A stretch of 39,751 bases of DNA from an uncultured Methanospirillum sp. GTDB taxonomy: Archaea > Halobacteriota > Methanomicrobia > Methanomicrobiales > Methanospirillaceae. The stretch lies in NCBI GenBank assembly GCA_964637135.1, contig CAZWTX010000024.1:1-39751 (forward strand), given 5' to 3'. Made by a program: the position numbers and the translations under genes. Every line of letters starts with the position of its first letter. Positions within the stretch are counted from its first letter, which is position 1. Shown piece after piece: positions 1-9,650 of this stretch. The notes below the pieces were generated by a model that was not told the origin of the DNA, ran no database searches, and saw nothing but the letters and a program-made list of their open reading frames with translations.

Positions 1-292
1 CGTGTGGGATAACAAGGTCGCATTACTCGGTATTTAACGATGATGATCTGTCCCTAGAAAACGAAGACCAGGTCAGACTTGGATTTCCCTGCCAGGTATG
101 CGGGTTGATCCAGAATTCTTCAATTATCATGATTCAGGACTTTTTTTGCAGAAAAAAGAGAATCAATTCAATTGCGCGGAATGGGTACCGGAGAAGATCC
201 CCAGTATAACACTAATTCTTTTTTTCCCATTCTTTCCCAAGATATTGGATGAGTCTGGATTCAGACAAGAGGACCTGCGGAAGTTGGTCTCA

Positions 293-609
293 ATGACTGA
301 AGATTTTTCATTTGCTGAAAACGAAGACGGATCAGATGAAATAATCCGAGTACGGCTTCCAAATGAACGAAACCGGGAAATGTTCGGGTATGCTGAATTA
401 ATGATGGGGGCTAACCACATCCACGTTAAATGCTTCGATGGGATAACGCGAATGGGGCGAATTAAAGGAAAAATAAAGGAAAAATCTGGATTCGGGAGGG
501 AGATATTCTTATTGTGATCCCCTGGGATTTTCAGGATGACAAGGCAGACATCATCTACCGGTATACGAAGCCCCAGGTTAACTGTTTGAAGAGGAACCAA
601 TATCTTTAA
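293..609 (+). pseudogene. eif1A: Translation initiation factor aIF-1A homologue, split by a 1-nt frameshift near 480-484
   Basis: ATG 293 reads [45 protein letters not shown]. The -1 frame continues [34 protein letters not shown] to TAA 607-609. Both halves carry aIF-1A OB-fold motifs. Could be a sequencing error. Confidence 0.85.
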
Positions 610-610
610 T

Positions 611-620
611 CTTTTTATAT
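611..620 (+). promoter_or_regulatory. Candidate TATA box for the cbi operon
   Basis: CTTTTTATAT about 80 nt upstream of the cbiM ATG. The T-run could also terminate the aIF-1A transcript. Confidence 0.35.
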
Positions 621-697
621 CCGCGTTACTGCTTCGGCATGGAGATATTGATCAACTTAATTAGAGGTAATGCAAAATTTGTTTGGAAGCTGATCAC

Positions 698-1393
698 ATG
701 CATGTCATGGAAGGTTTTTTACCGCCGGAATGGGCGGCAGTATGGTGGATTATCTCACTCCCATTCATCATTTACGGGTTTATCCAGCTGAAGAAGACCG
801 TCGAGGAGAACCGGGATGCTCTTCCCCTGCTTGGGATATGCGGAGCGCTTATCTTCATTCTCTCCGCCCTCAAGCTCCCCTCAGTTACGGGAAGCTGTTC
901 CCACCCGACCGGTACCGGACTCTCAGCCATCATGTTCGGTCCCTTCATAACTTCAGTTATCGGGTTCATCGTCCTCCTTTTCCAATCCCTATTCCTAGCC
1001 CACGGCGGCCTCTCCACCCTGGGGGCTAACACCTTCTCGATGGCTATCTGCGGACCTGTGCTTGGGTACTATGCTTACCGCCTGCTTCGGGATACAAAGG
1101 TAAACATGTACGTCACTGTCTTTGTCGCTGTAGCCCTTGCCGATCTTTTCACCTATGTAATAACCTCGCTTGAGCTAGCGCTTGCTTATCCGGCAGAGAC
1201 CGGAGGATTCCTCGGATCCTTCGTGATGTTCCTCGGGATATTTGCCGTTACCCAGATCCCCCTGGCAATTGTAGAAGGAGCCGTTCTCTCCCTGGTATTC
1301 AAGTACATCGTTGATATCAAACCGGATATCCTGGAGAAGATGAACATCTTCTCGGGAGTGAAGATTGCCGCGGCAAGGAGTGAGAACGTATGA
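698..1393 (+). CDS. cbiM: Cobalt ECF transporter substrate-capture protein CbiM
   Basis: Signature N-terminus MHVMEGFLPP (ATG 698), GSCSHPTGTGL and LAHGGLSTLGAN; multiple TM helices. Confidence 0.96.
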   Translation: MHVMEGFLPPEWAAVWWIISLPFIIYGFIQLKKTVEENRDALPLLGICGALIFILSALKLPSVTGSCSHPTGTGLSAIMFGPFITSVIGFIVLLFQSLFLAHGGLSTLGANTFSMAICGPVLGYYAYRLLRDTKVNMYVTVFVAVALADLFTYVITSLELALAYPAETGGFLGSFVMFLGIFAVTQIPLAIVEGAVLSLVFKYIVDIKPDILEKMNIFSGVKIAAARSENV

Positions 1394-1688
1394 AATNNNN
1401 NNNNNNCTCGTTGTACTGGTAATAATCCTCGCGTTTATCGGCATATTCCTCTGGACAGTCTCTGTTAACCCGGATGCAGAATTCGGGGGGTCAGACGGTG
1501 TCGGATCCGCAGTGGTATCAGAAATGACTGGCATCCCGGAGGATGATATTACTCCCCTGATTCCCCAGTGGGCGCCCCCGAGCGGAGAAATCGAAGCAGG
1601 TATATTTGCCCTGCAGTCTGCATTTGGAGGTATCATCCTCGGGCTCTGTTTTGGATACCTGCTTGGACAGAGAAGAAACAGTGTATAA
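1390..1688 (+). CDS. cbiN: Cobalt transport protein CbiN (spans an assembly gap)
   Basis: ATGA overlap with the cbiM stop; EFGGSDG and PPSGEIEAGIFALQSAFGG motifs. The frame shift across the Ns shows the gap length is a placeholder. Confidence 0.9.
1397..1406. other. Assembly gap (10 N)
   Basis: Run of n in the sequence. Confidence 1.
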
Positions 1689-2486
1689 ATGCCCGGTCAC
1701 GATCTCCTCGAGGAAGTTGCCCAGCATAATGCCCTCGTGCAGGTTAACCCGTACACGAAACTCCTGATGGGTCTTGGATCCATCATTCTTGTGCTTTTTT
1801 CACCCAATTATTTCATTCCGCTCGCCATAGCAGGTATTCTTTCCCTGGTTCTTCTAACTCTGGCACGGATTCACCCGCATTTTTACCTCCGGGTTTTAGC
1901 GATTCCACTCGGTTTTGCCGTTATGAGCGTTATGGTCATCGTGCTAACCGCAGGAGGAAACGAACCCCTCTGGAATTTTCCTCTTACTTCCTGGGTGGTT
2001 ATCTCGATTACGCCGGAGAGCCTCCACAAAGGGATCATGGCCTTCTGCCGTATCATCGGCGGAATGTGCGCCCTCTTCTTCATATCCCTGACGACTCCGA
2101 TGACCGATCTCTTCGGAGTGATGAAACGGCTTCGCATTCCTGACCTCTTCATTGACATAGCAATGCTCATCTACCGGTTTATCTTCATCTTCATGGACCG
2201 TTCCACGGAGATATACCAGGCTCAAATCATGCGGGGAAGTTATACGAAACCGAAAGAGAGCATCCGGTCTCTTGGAATGCTTATCGGGAGCCTGTTCATC
2301 ACTTCATGGGATGACGGGGAGCATCTTGTCAGGGCCATGGATGCCCGCTGTTACACAGGCAGGCATCCAAAACTAAGCACATATCACCCCGTCTCACCGG
2401 GAACGATAGTTCCCGTTCTCTGTTATCTTGCGTTATTTTCAACGCTTATCTTGGCATCTCCCGGATACCTTCCCGGAATATACTAA
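1689..2486 (+). CDS. cbiQ: Cobalt ECF transporter T component CbiQ
   Basis: Hydrophobic protein with LTTPMTDL, LIYRFIFIF, AQIMRG and AMDARCY motifs; operon context. Confidence 0.93.
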   Translation: MPGHDLLEEVAQHNALVQVNPYTKLLMGLGSIILVLFSPNYFIPLAIAGILSLVLLTLARIHPHFYLRVLAIPLGFAVMSVMVIVLTAGGNEPLWNFPLTSWVVISITPESLHKGIMAFCRIIGGMCALFFISLTTPMTDLFGVMKRLRIPDLFIDIAMLIYRFIFIFMDRSTEIYQAQIMRGSYTKPKESIRSLGMLIGSLFITSWDDGEHLVRAMDARCYTGRHPKLSTYHPVSPGTIVPVLCYLALFSTLILASPGYLPGIY

Positions 2487-2487
2487 C

Positions 2488-3696
2488 ATGTCATACACGG
2501 AATACCTCATCGAATTACAGGATGTCACCTATTCGTACCCATACTCGAAGCAGGCCATTTCAGACATTTATTTTTCTGCCCGAAACGGCGAGAAAATAGC
2601 AATCGTAGGGCCCAACGGGGCAGGAAAATCGACTCTTCTCCTGACGCTCAACGCAACGCTCATACCGGAATCCGGAACGATCCGGTATCAGGGAATACCC
2701 CTCTCTTATGATAAAAAGACGCTCCGGATGATCCGTCAGAAGGTGGGTTTTGTTTTTCAGAATCCCGACACCCAGATCATCGCCCCGACGGTATGGCAGG
2801 ACGTGGCCTTCGGTCCGGTCAACCTTGAGATTCCCGATGACCAGGTCGCTGAAATTGTGCGCGATGCTCTCCGGCACGTGGGCCTTGAAGGGTTTGACCG
2901 CCGGCCCCCCTACCATCTTTCTGGGGGTGAGAAGAAACGGGTCGCTATTGCCGGTATACTCGCGATGAATCCGGATATTCTGATCTTCGACGAACCGACC
3001 AGCATGCTGGATCCGGCAGGATCAGAGGATATCATGGATCTCCTCGACGAACTGAACAACCAGGGAAAGACGATCATTATCTCCACCCATGACGTGGAAC
3101 TTGCCTATCCCTGGGCAGACCGGATTATTCTGATGAATAAGGGAAAAATCATTGCTGAAGGGACGCCAGAAAAGGCTTTTTCTGACCGTGAACTCGTACG
3201 ACAGGCACGACTCAGATCGCCGGTTATCCTGGATCTCTACCGTGAGATGCAGGCAAGAGGCATGGCTGAATGCTCCCGCCTGCCCCGGACTGTTCTTGAC
3301 ATGATCCGCCTCATTGAACAGGATCACCACGGGGTAATGCGTCTCTCAACGAGCGGCTGCGGAACCATCCATCTCATTGACGTAGATCGTATCTCCTCCG
3401 ATGGGATCACCCGGCTCCTTGCCGGATCAGGGATCCGGACAATCGGGGCAATGGGAAGCAAGGCAAAGATCACCGCCCGCCACTGGGGAATCATGCCTGA
3501 TTTTACCTATGCGGTGATTGACAAATGCATCCTTGGTGCCATGAATGGAAAATCCTCTCTCATCCTTACAAGTGGCGGGATGGTCAACCGCGTTTTCGAT
3601 CGCGTTTCCGGGTTTAACCAGGAGAACAACCGGTCTATTCAAGTAGTTCACGGGCAGGAAATCACGGAAAGGGATACCCATTCCGATAACTTTTGA
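2488..3696 (+). CDS. cbiO: Cobalt ECF transporter ATPase CbiO with a C-terminal extension
   Basis: Walker A GPNGAGKST, VFQNPDTQI, LSGGEKKRVAIAG, FDEPT and STHD; ATG 2488 lies just after the cbiQ stop. Confidence 0.94.
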   Translation: MSYTEYLIELQDVTYSYPYSKQAISDIYFSARNGEKIAIVGPNGAGKSTLLLTLNATLIPESGTIRYQGIPLSYDKKTLRMIRQKVGFVFQNPDTQIIAPTVWQDVAFGPVNLEIPDDQVAEIVRDALRHVGLEGFDRRPPYHLSGGEKKRVAIAGILAMNPDILIFDEPTSMLDPAGSEDIMDLLDELNNQGKTIIISTHDVELAYPWADRIILMNKGKIIAEGTPEKAFSDRELVRQARLRSPVILDLYREMQARGMAECSRLPRTVLDMIRLIEQDHHGVMRLSTSGCGTIHLIDVDRISSDGITRLLAGSGIRTIGAMGSKAKITARHWGIMPDFTYAVIDKCILGAMNGKSSLILTSGGMVNRVFDRVSGFNQENNRSIQVVHGQEITERDTHSDNF

Positions 3697-3729
3697 ATCA
3701 GACAGACAAACCTGTATGGAACTGATGCC

Positions 3730-4275
3730 ATGACCAGACCGGAGACACCCCCTACCGGGGGACCGACGAAGGACGAGATTCTTGCGATATCCCTTCAAAA
3801 GCTCGGCCTTGAATCTGATGATATCTTTGCAGATATCGGATGCGGTACCGGAAAAGTAACCCTTCATGCAGCCCGGCGGGTCAGGCATGTTCATGCGGTG
3901 GACATGAGAGAATCTGCGTACCTCTGGACAAAATCTGAAATCGAAAAGAACCAGGCAGAAAATATCACATTGTACTATGGAGATGCAGTTGACATGCTGA
4001 CATCTCTCGATCATCTCGACACTGCTTTTATCGGAGGATCGCAACGACTGGAGGAGATCATCAGGGAGCTCTCCCGGCTCAGGGTCAGGTCTCTCGTGAT
4101 CAATGCCGTGATGCTTGAGACGCTGCATACCGCGATCGAATCATTACGCCGATATAATCTAATCCACGAAGTCATCCAGGTCCAGATCTCAAAAAGTGTC
4201 CCGATTGCCGGGGGTATCATGCTTAAACCACTTGATCCGATCTTCATCATTCATGGAGGAATAAACAAATGCTGA
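3730..4275 (+). CDS. cbiT: Cobalt-precorrin-6B C15-methyltransferase (decarboxylating)
   Basis: GGPTKDEI, SAM motif DIGCGTG, FIGGS, VINAVMLET. Confidence 0.92.
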   Translation: MTRPETPPTGGPTKDEILAISLQKLGLESDDIFADIGCGTGKVTLHAARRVRHVHAVDMRESAYLWTKSEIEKNQAENITLYYGDAVDMLTSLDHLDTAFIGGSQRLEEIIRELSRLRVRSLVINAVMLETLHTAIESLRRYNLIHEVIQVQISKSVPIAGGIMLKPLDPIFIIHGGINKC

Positions 4276-4877
4276 CTGGTCTCGGGCTTGGCCCGGGGGA
4301 TCCCGAACTGCTGACCCTGAAAGCGGTCAGGCTGCTTGGCGAGGCTGATATCGTATATGTCCCCGGGGGCATCGCGAAGAAACTTGTAGAACCTTACTGC
4401 ACGCCTGTGGAACTTCTTTTTCCGATGAGCCATGACGAGCACGAGATCCGCAGGCAGATAGAAGAGAATGCTATGATCATCGGAGAACATGCAGGAGATA
4501 AACACATCATATTCGGAATAATCGGCGATCCGAATATATTCTCCACGTTCACCCGCCTGGTCTCCATTCTTCGGGAACGGGATCGCACGATCCAGGTCAG
4601 GACTGTTCCGGGGATATCCTCCATCACCGCCCTCATGTCTGAAACCGGTATGCCGATAAGCGGCGGGTTTTGTGTCACCGATGGCAGTCCGATCCGTTCA
4701 CGGATCCAGATGAAGGTTAGGAAACCGAGGGATATCGCCGAAGAATTGAGAAAAGAAGGATATACTCGTTTCGCCCTTGTCGAGCGGATGTACATGGATG
4801 GTATGAATGTCTATACCGGGGAACTCCCTGAGGAGAGCAGTTATTTCTCCCTCCTCTACGCGGAGCATGACCCATGA
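4269..4877 (+). CDS. cbiL: Cobalt-precorrin-2 / cobalt-factor II C20-methyltransferase
   Basis: GLGPGDPELLTLKA, LFPM, GDPNIFSTF, PGISS, SYFS. Confidence 0.9.
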   Translation: MLTGLGLGPGDPELLTLKAVRLLGEADIVYVPGGIAKKLVEPYCTPVELLFPMSHDEHEIRRQIEENAMIIGEHAGDKHIIFGIIGDPNIFSTFTRLVSILRERDRTIQVRTVPGISSITALMSETGMPISGGFCVTDGSPIRSRIQMKVRKPRDIAEELRKEGYTRFALVERMYMDGMNVYTGELPEESSYFSLLYAEHDP

Positions 4878-5590
4878 ACCCGGTCTGGTTTGTCGGGGCA
4901 GGACCTGGAGATCCCGATCTTATCACAGTGAAGGGGCGTCGTCTCCTAGATGATGCCGACATCCTGATCTACGCGGGATCTCTCGTGAATCCGGATCTGG
5001 TTGCCAGTTCACCGGCACCGGAACGTTATGACAGCAACGGCATGAGCCTTGAGGAGATGGTTCCGATCATGATCACCGGTATCCGGGAGGGAAAGACCGT
5101 AGTGCGCCTCCATTCCGGCGATCCGGCACTCTATGGAGCGATTGTCGAGCAGATCGAACTTCTTGTGAAAGAAGGAATGGAGATAAAGGTGGTTCCAGGG
5201 GTTTCATCGCTCTTCGGTGCCGCTGCCGCACTACAGGTCCAGCTGACCCTTCGCGGGGTGTCAGAATCGGTGATCATAACCAGGCCGGCGGGAAAAACCC
5301 TGGAAAAAGACAGGATCGCCGAGTACTCACAGACAGGCGATACCATGGCCATCTTCCTTGGAACTGACAAACTGGAAGATATCACGTCACGCCTCTCCTG
5401 TCCGCCGAATCGCACGGCCATCGTCATCTACCATGCGACCTGGCCTGACCAGAAGATCGTGCAGGGAACGGTGTCAGATATTGCGCAGAAAGCCCGCGAT
5501 GCAGGGATAACGAAATCTGCTCTTCTTCTCATTGGAGAAGTATTTGCCTGTAATCCTGCCGGACATATTAGATCGTTCCTGTACTCATGA
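4874..5590 (+). CDS. cbiF: Cobalt-precorrin-4 C11-methyltransferase
   Basis: FVGAGPGDPDLITVKG, YAGSLV, RLHSGDPALYGAIVEQ, YHATWPDQ, SFLY. Confidence 0.95.
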   Translation: MNPVWFVGAGPGDPDLITVKGRRLLDDADILIYAGSLVNPDLVASSPAPERYDSNGMSLEEMVPIMITGIREGKTVVRLHSGDPALYGAIVEQIELLVKEGMEIKVVPGVSSLFGAAAALQVQLTLRGVSESVIITRPAGKTLEKDRIAEYSQTGDTMAIFLGTDKLEDITSRLSCPPNRTAIVIYHATWPDQKIVQGTVSDIAQKARDAGITKSALLLIGEVFACNPAGHIRSFLYS

Positions 5591-6459
5591 AAACCGCGGT
5601 GACAACTCTGCCATACTTCAGTAAGGCAGGAGAAGAGTTTGCAACTGCAATCGGAGGCGAATTCATTCCTTACCAGTCCGGACTCTTCAGTGATATCTTC
5701 CACCGGTATGACCGGATCATCGCCATCATGGCAATCGGAATCGTGGTACGCGGAATATCCGGCTGTATCACCGATAAATGGAAGGATCCTGCCGTGGTCG
5801 TTGTCAGTCCGGATCTCAGGTTTGCCATCCCGGTGCTTGGTGGTCATCACGGGGGAAATGCTCTTGCAGGGGAACTTGCCGAGAAGAAAGGGCTTATTCC
5901 TGTTATCACCACGGCAACGGAAGCCCTCGGAAAGGAGGCCGCAGAGGTAATAGCGGAACGGGAGGGGCTCCGGGTTATCAACACCGGTTCGACCAGACAA
6001 TCAAACACCGCGATCCTTACCGGTACGGCAGGAATATACCGCATTCCCGGTCCAGGAATTGTAATCGGCGGATCCGGGGTTTCATTCCTCGTCGCTGACC
6101 GGCCCTATGCCCTTGGCATCGGCTGCCGGCTCGGAACCCCGGCCGGCGATATCAGTACAGCAATCACGAGTGCCCTTGACGAGGCTGGCATCAGGATCAG
6201 CGAAATCGGGATCGTTGCAAGTTCCCGTATGAAATCACATGAAACCGGGTTGGTCGATGCGATAAGGGAACTTTCACTCCCGCTCATCTTCTTATCAGAC
6301 GATGAACTAAACGCCATCACCCCGCCTTCACCCTCAGCTGCCTCCCGGTTCGGCCTTTCAGGGGTTGCCGAACCGGCGGCCCTGGCAGCATCTGCGAAGA
6401 AAGAACTCATCAAAGGAAAACAAATCTATGGAAATATCACCATCGCCATCGCCCGGTAA
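5587..6459 (+). CDS. cbiG: Cobalt-precorrin-5A hydrolase
   Basis: MAIGIVVR, DKWKDPAVVVV, LGGHHGGN, PVITTATE, LGIGCR, GVAEPAAL. Confidence 0.94.
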   Translation: MKTAVTTLPYFSKAGEEFATAIGGEFIPYQSGLFSDIFHRYDRIIAIMAIGIVVRGISGCITDKWKDPAVVVVSPDLRFAIPVLGGHHGGNALAGELAEKKGLIPVITTATEALGKEAAEVIAEREGLRVINTGSTRQSNTAILTGTAGIYRIPGPGIVIGGSGVSFLVADRPYALGIGCRLGTPAGDISTAITSALDEAGIRISEIGIVASSRMKSHETGLVDAIRELSLPLIFLSDDELNAITPPSPSAASRFGLSGVAEPAALAASAKKELIKGKQIYGNITIAIAR

Positions 6460-7222
6460 AGAACCGGAGCTCTACATTCTCGGCATCGGCCCGGGTTCAC
6501 CGGAGATGCTGACCCGACGGGCAGGGGAAATCCTCGGAGCCGCTGATATTATCATTGGAAACGACTTCTACCTGGACCAGATCGCCAGTATAATCGCGGG
6601 AAAACGGGTGATCCGGAGCAGGATGGGAAAAGAGGTTGAACGGGCACAGGAAGCGGTCAGGCTGACTGGTGAGGGCACGGTTGTCATGGTCTCCGGGGGA
6701 GATCCCGGGATATATGGCATGGCAAGTATCGTCCTTGAAGTTGTCGTGCATTCGGGATCGCCGGTTAAGGTACAGGTGATCCCGGGGATAACCGCTGCGA
6801 GCATGGGTGCATCGCTCCTTGGATCACCCCTTTCATCAGATTTTGCGGTGGTCAGCCTCTCCGATCTCCTGACTCCCTGGGAGGTGATTGTTACCCGTCT
6901 CAATGCACTCTTCTCAATCGGGATCCCGGTTGTTCTCTACAATCCGAAAAGCCGCACAAGAACCTGCCAGTTTGACGAGGCACTCGCCATCGCAGAGCAA
7001 TATCTCCCCGGTACCACTCCGGTGGGTATCGTCAAGAACGCCGACCGCCCGGGTGAAGAAATCCTCATTACCACGCTTGGAAATGCCCCCGATCATGAAG
7101 ACTTCGTGGATATGCATTCTGTGGTTTTCATCGGGGGGAGTGAAACCAGAATATTTGAACGGAGCAACCATGAAAAATGTATTATCACCCCTCGGGGATA
7201 CCACCGGAAATATGTATACTGA
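6428..7222 (+). CDS. cbiH: Cobalt-precorrin-3 C17-methyltransferase
   Basis: GIGPG, MGKEVERA, VSGGDPGIYGMA, DFAVVSLSDLLTPWEVI, LYNPKS, ITPRGY. Start placed at ATG 6428. Confidence 0.93.
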   Translation: MEISPSPSPGKEPELYILGIGPGSPEMLTRRAGEILGAADIIIGNDFYLDQIASIIAGKRVIRSRMGKEVERAQEAVRLTGEGTVVMVSGGDPGIYGMASIVLEVVVHSGSPVKVQVIPGITAASMGASLLGSPLSSDFAVVSLSDLLTPWEVIVTRLNALFSIGIPVVLYNPKSRTRTCQFDEALAIAEQYLPGTTPVGIVKNADRPGEEILITTLGNAPDHEDFVDMHSVVFIGGSETRIFERSNHEKCIITPRGYHRKYVY

Positions 7223-7832
7223 TCTCGGAGCAGACACACCGGAGGGATTTGAGATATCATCCCGCTCCCGGCAGATGGCCCGTGAGGCAATCGGAGACCA
7301 GAGCCCCGAGGATCGCATACGCCAGCGATGCTCAATCGCGGTGGGCGACTTCGCGATGGCTGACCTGATGCGATTCTCAGGCGATCCCGTCCAGGCAGGT
7401 CTTGCCGCACTTGCTGCCAGGGCAACGGTATTTACCGATATCAGGATGGTACAGACCGGTATTCAGAAACGGGGCCATCAAAGCCAGGTCGCCTGTGTGC
7501 TCGACAAGGTCGATACCGCCGGGAGCGAGTCAGGAAAGACACGGACCTCTTCAGCATTTCTCGCCCTTGAGACCGAGATAGCAGATGCAATCCTGGTAAT
7601 CGGAAATGCCCCCTCCGCCCTGCTCGTGATCTGTGAAATGGTTCAGCGGGGCATCAGGCCGGCCCTGATCATCGGAACACCGGTCGGATTTGTGAACGCT
7701 TCGGAGTCAAAAGAACTCCTGAGGAGACTCGATATCCCGTCGATATCCAATGAAGGTACCAGGGGAGGTACCCCGGTCGCCGTTGCTGCGATAAACGAGA
7801 TCATCACCATGTATGCCGAACAACACTCCTGA
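7212..7832 (+). CDS. cbiC: Cobalt-precorrin-8 methylmutase
   Basis: TDIRMVQTGI, TRTS, VIGNAPSAL, IGTPVGFVNASESKE, GTRGGTPVAVAAIN. ATG 7212 overlaps the end of cbiH. Confidence 0.94.
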   Translation: MYTDLGADTPEGFEISSRSRQMAREAIGDQSPEDRIRQRCSIAVGDFAMADLMRFSGDPVQAGLAALAARATVFTDIRMVQTGIQKRGHQSQVACVLDKVDTAGSESGKTRTSSAFLALETEIADAILVIGNAPSALLVICEMVQRGIRPALIIGTPVGFVNASESKELLRRLDIPSISNEGTRGGTPVAVAAINEIITMYAEQHS

Positions 7833-8835
7833 CCAGATCTTCGATCCTATCACCGGGTACCGGTATCCCCGGGAATGGATCGATGCGATACAGGATCCAG
7901 CGGCACGTGATCTGGTTCAGAAGGGCCTTGCGGTCCTCACCGCTGACGGTTCCATTCTCCGGAGAGGATTTACCACCGGAAGCACAGCATCGGCAGTGGT
8001 AAAGGCCGTTATCCTTGCCAGGGAAGGGTCGGTGAACACCGTTGAGATCCCAACCCCATCAGGGATCCGGATCTCGGTCCCAGTGAATGTCGAAGACGGT
8101 GAGGTATCAGCATTGAAATTCAGCGGGGATTATCCCGGTGATGTCACTGCCGGTATCCGGATGGTTGCTCGGCTCATCTCCTCTGATATGGAAGAGATCA
8201 TTTTTGGGGAAGGAATTGGAAGATGGAGCCGTGATACCCCCCGTTTCAGGTCCGGGGATCCTGCAGTCAGCCCGACAGCTGCAACGCAGATCAGGGACGC
8301 ATTCAATGAAGGATTGCGGGAGACCGGCTTTTCAGGATCTATCCTCCTTACCATTCCTGAGGGAATGAAGATCGCAGAGAGAACACTGAACCATAAGATC
8401 GGGGTGGATGGCGGTATTTCCCTCCTCGGATCTACCGGGTTTGTCGAACCATGGGATGACCACCTGGAGGAGACTACTCTTGAACGGGCATTGAAGGCAA
8501 AAAAGGTGGTTCTCACAACCGGCAGATCCGGGCTTCGTTTCTCGCGGCTCCTCTTCCCCGACAGGGAGGTTATCCTTGCCGGATCGAAGATAAAATCAAT
8601 TCTTCCCCGTCTTTCGGGAGAAGTGATCATCTGCGGACTGCCTGCCCTGATCCTGAAGTATGCAAATCCTGATTTCCTCCGTGGAAGCGGATACCAGACC
8701 GTGGAAGAAATGATTGGAACTCCTGATTTTTTCAGACGCATGAAAGTTACGCTCGATTCCTATGCCCATAGCCATCCGACTGTCAGGATCGTTGTCCTTG
8801 ACCGGGAAGGCAGGGTGCTCGGAGAGACACCATGA
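7813..8835 (+). CDS. cbiD: Cobalt-precorrin-5B C1-methyltransferase
   Basis: LRRGFTTGSTASA, DVTAG, GEGIG, AERTLNHKIGVDGGISLLGSTGFVEP. Confidence 0.94.
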   Translation: MPNNTPDQIFDPITGYRYPREWIDAIQDPAARDLVQKGLAVLTADGSILRRGFTTGSTASAVVKAVILAREGSVNTVEIPTPSGIRISVPVNVEDGEVSALKFSGDYPGDVTAGIRMVARLISSDMEEIIFGEGIGRWSRDTPRFRSGDPAVSPTAATQIRDAFNEGLRETGFSGSILLTIPEGMKIAERTLNHKIGVDGGISLLGSTGFVEPWDDHLEETTLERALKAKKVVLTTGRSGLRFSRLLFPDREVILAGSKIKSILPRLSGEVIICGLPALILKYANPDFLRGSGYQTVEEMIGTPDFFRRMKVTLDSYAHSHPTVRIVVLDREGRVLGETP

Positions 8836-9437
8836 AGATCGTGGGAACCGGATGCGGCCCGGGGATGTTGACCACGGCAGCAATCAGGGTGATCGCCGGA
8901 GCGATCCTGGTCGTTGGATCCGAGCGTGCAATTGACCTTGCCAGGGAATATATCTCCAAGACGGCCGAAACGAGGATCATCACCGATTACCGTTCCCTGA
9001 GAGAACTTCCTGATCATGCCGTTCTCCTGTCGACCGGCGATCCTATGCTTTCCGGTCTCGGGTACCTTCCCGGGGAGGTGATACCGGGGATATCATCGGT
9101 CCAGTATGCAGCTGCACAGCTCCATATCCCCCTGACAGAGACCGTCATCATAACCGCTCACGGCAGAGATACCGAGCCTGCTATCTCCGAAGTGGTAGCC
9201 GTTCTCACGCTCGGGTGGACAGCATGTGTCATAACAGACCCTGATTTTTCAATAGAAACCCTGGCCCTTTCTTTACAAGACCTCCCGTTCACGAACAGGA
9301 TTATTCTCTGCGAGGATCTTGGATACCCGACAGAACAGATCCGGCATGGAACACCGGCCAATCCTCCTCAGTCAGATTCTGGGATGTATATTCTCTTCAT
9401 TAGAGCGGGCGAAAAAACAGAACAGACTCATACCTGA
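8832..9437 (+). CDS. cbiE: Cobalt-precorrin-7 C5-methyltransferase
   Basis: IVGTGCGPG, LSTGDPMLSGLG, IPGISSVQYAAA, TAHGR, EDLGYPTEQI. Confidence 0.92.
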   Translation: MKIVGTGCGPGMLTTAAIRVIAGAILVVGSERAIDLAREYISKTAETRIITDYRSLRELPDHAVLLSTGDPMLSGLGYLPGEVIPGISSVQYAAAQLHIPLTETVIITAHGRDTEPAISEVVAVLTLGWTACVITDPDFSIETLALSLQDLPFTNRIILCEDLGYPTEQIRHGTPANPPQSDSGMYILFIRAGEKTEQTHT

Positions 9438-9440
9438 TAG

Positions 9441-9487
9441 CCTCTGAAAGCCCGTGGGCAGTCAACCAGTGGTTGGGCTTTCAGAGG
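9441..9487. repeat. Perfect 13-bp inverted repeat; possible terminator or RNA 3' hairpin
   Basis: CCTCTGAAAGCCC (9441-9453) and GGGCTTTCAGAGG (9475-9487), starting 4 nt after the cbiE stop. Confidence 0.8.
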
Positions 9488-9650
9488 GTTCAGTTTGGGG
9501 TCTTCATCGAACATTGCCCTCCTACAACAACAACATACCATGATAACCACATTGATGGGGGGGTGTGAAATGAGGCATTTCACATGTATGCGTCAGGTGT
9601 TATGCTTGGATGGGGGGTGTTGTCATGCGTTGAACTGTTGCAGAGAGGTG
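9441..9650 (-). ncRNA. Candidate structured small RNA with two C-rich loops
   Basis: Upstream minus-strand TATA-like TTTAATATA; long imperfect stem with G-U pairs only on the minus strand; duplicated ACAC6-7AUC-type motif; internal 9-bp hairpin; terminal 13-bp hairpin. Confidence 0.5.

Noticed and set aside
38..80. Box C-like ATGATGA suggesting a C/D sRNA
   Set aside because: No CTGA D box at a suitable distance on the same strand.
98..292. N-terminal extension of the 98..517 ORF
   Set aside because: AT-rich, promoter-like sequence; aIF-1A similarity begins only after ATG 293.
610..697. Cobalamin riboswitch upstream of cbiM
   Set aside because: Region is under 90 nt and has no B12-box-like motif.
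1365..1406. Apparent frameshift in cbiN
   Set aside because: Falls on the N gap of placeholder length; not biological evidence.
9441..9650. CRISPR array or tRNA
   Set aside because: Only two short repeats, no regular spacers, no cas genes and no cloverleaf.
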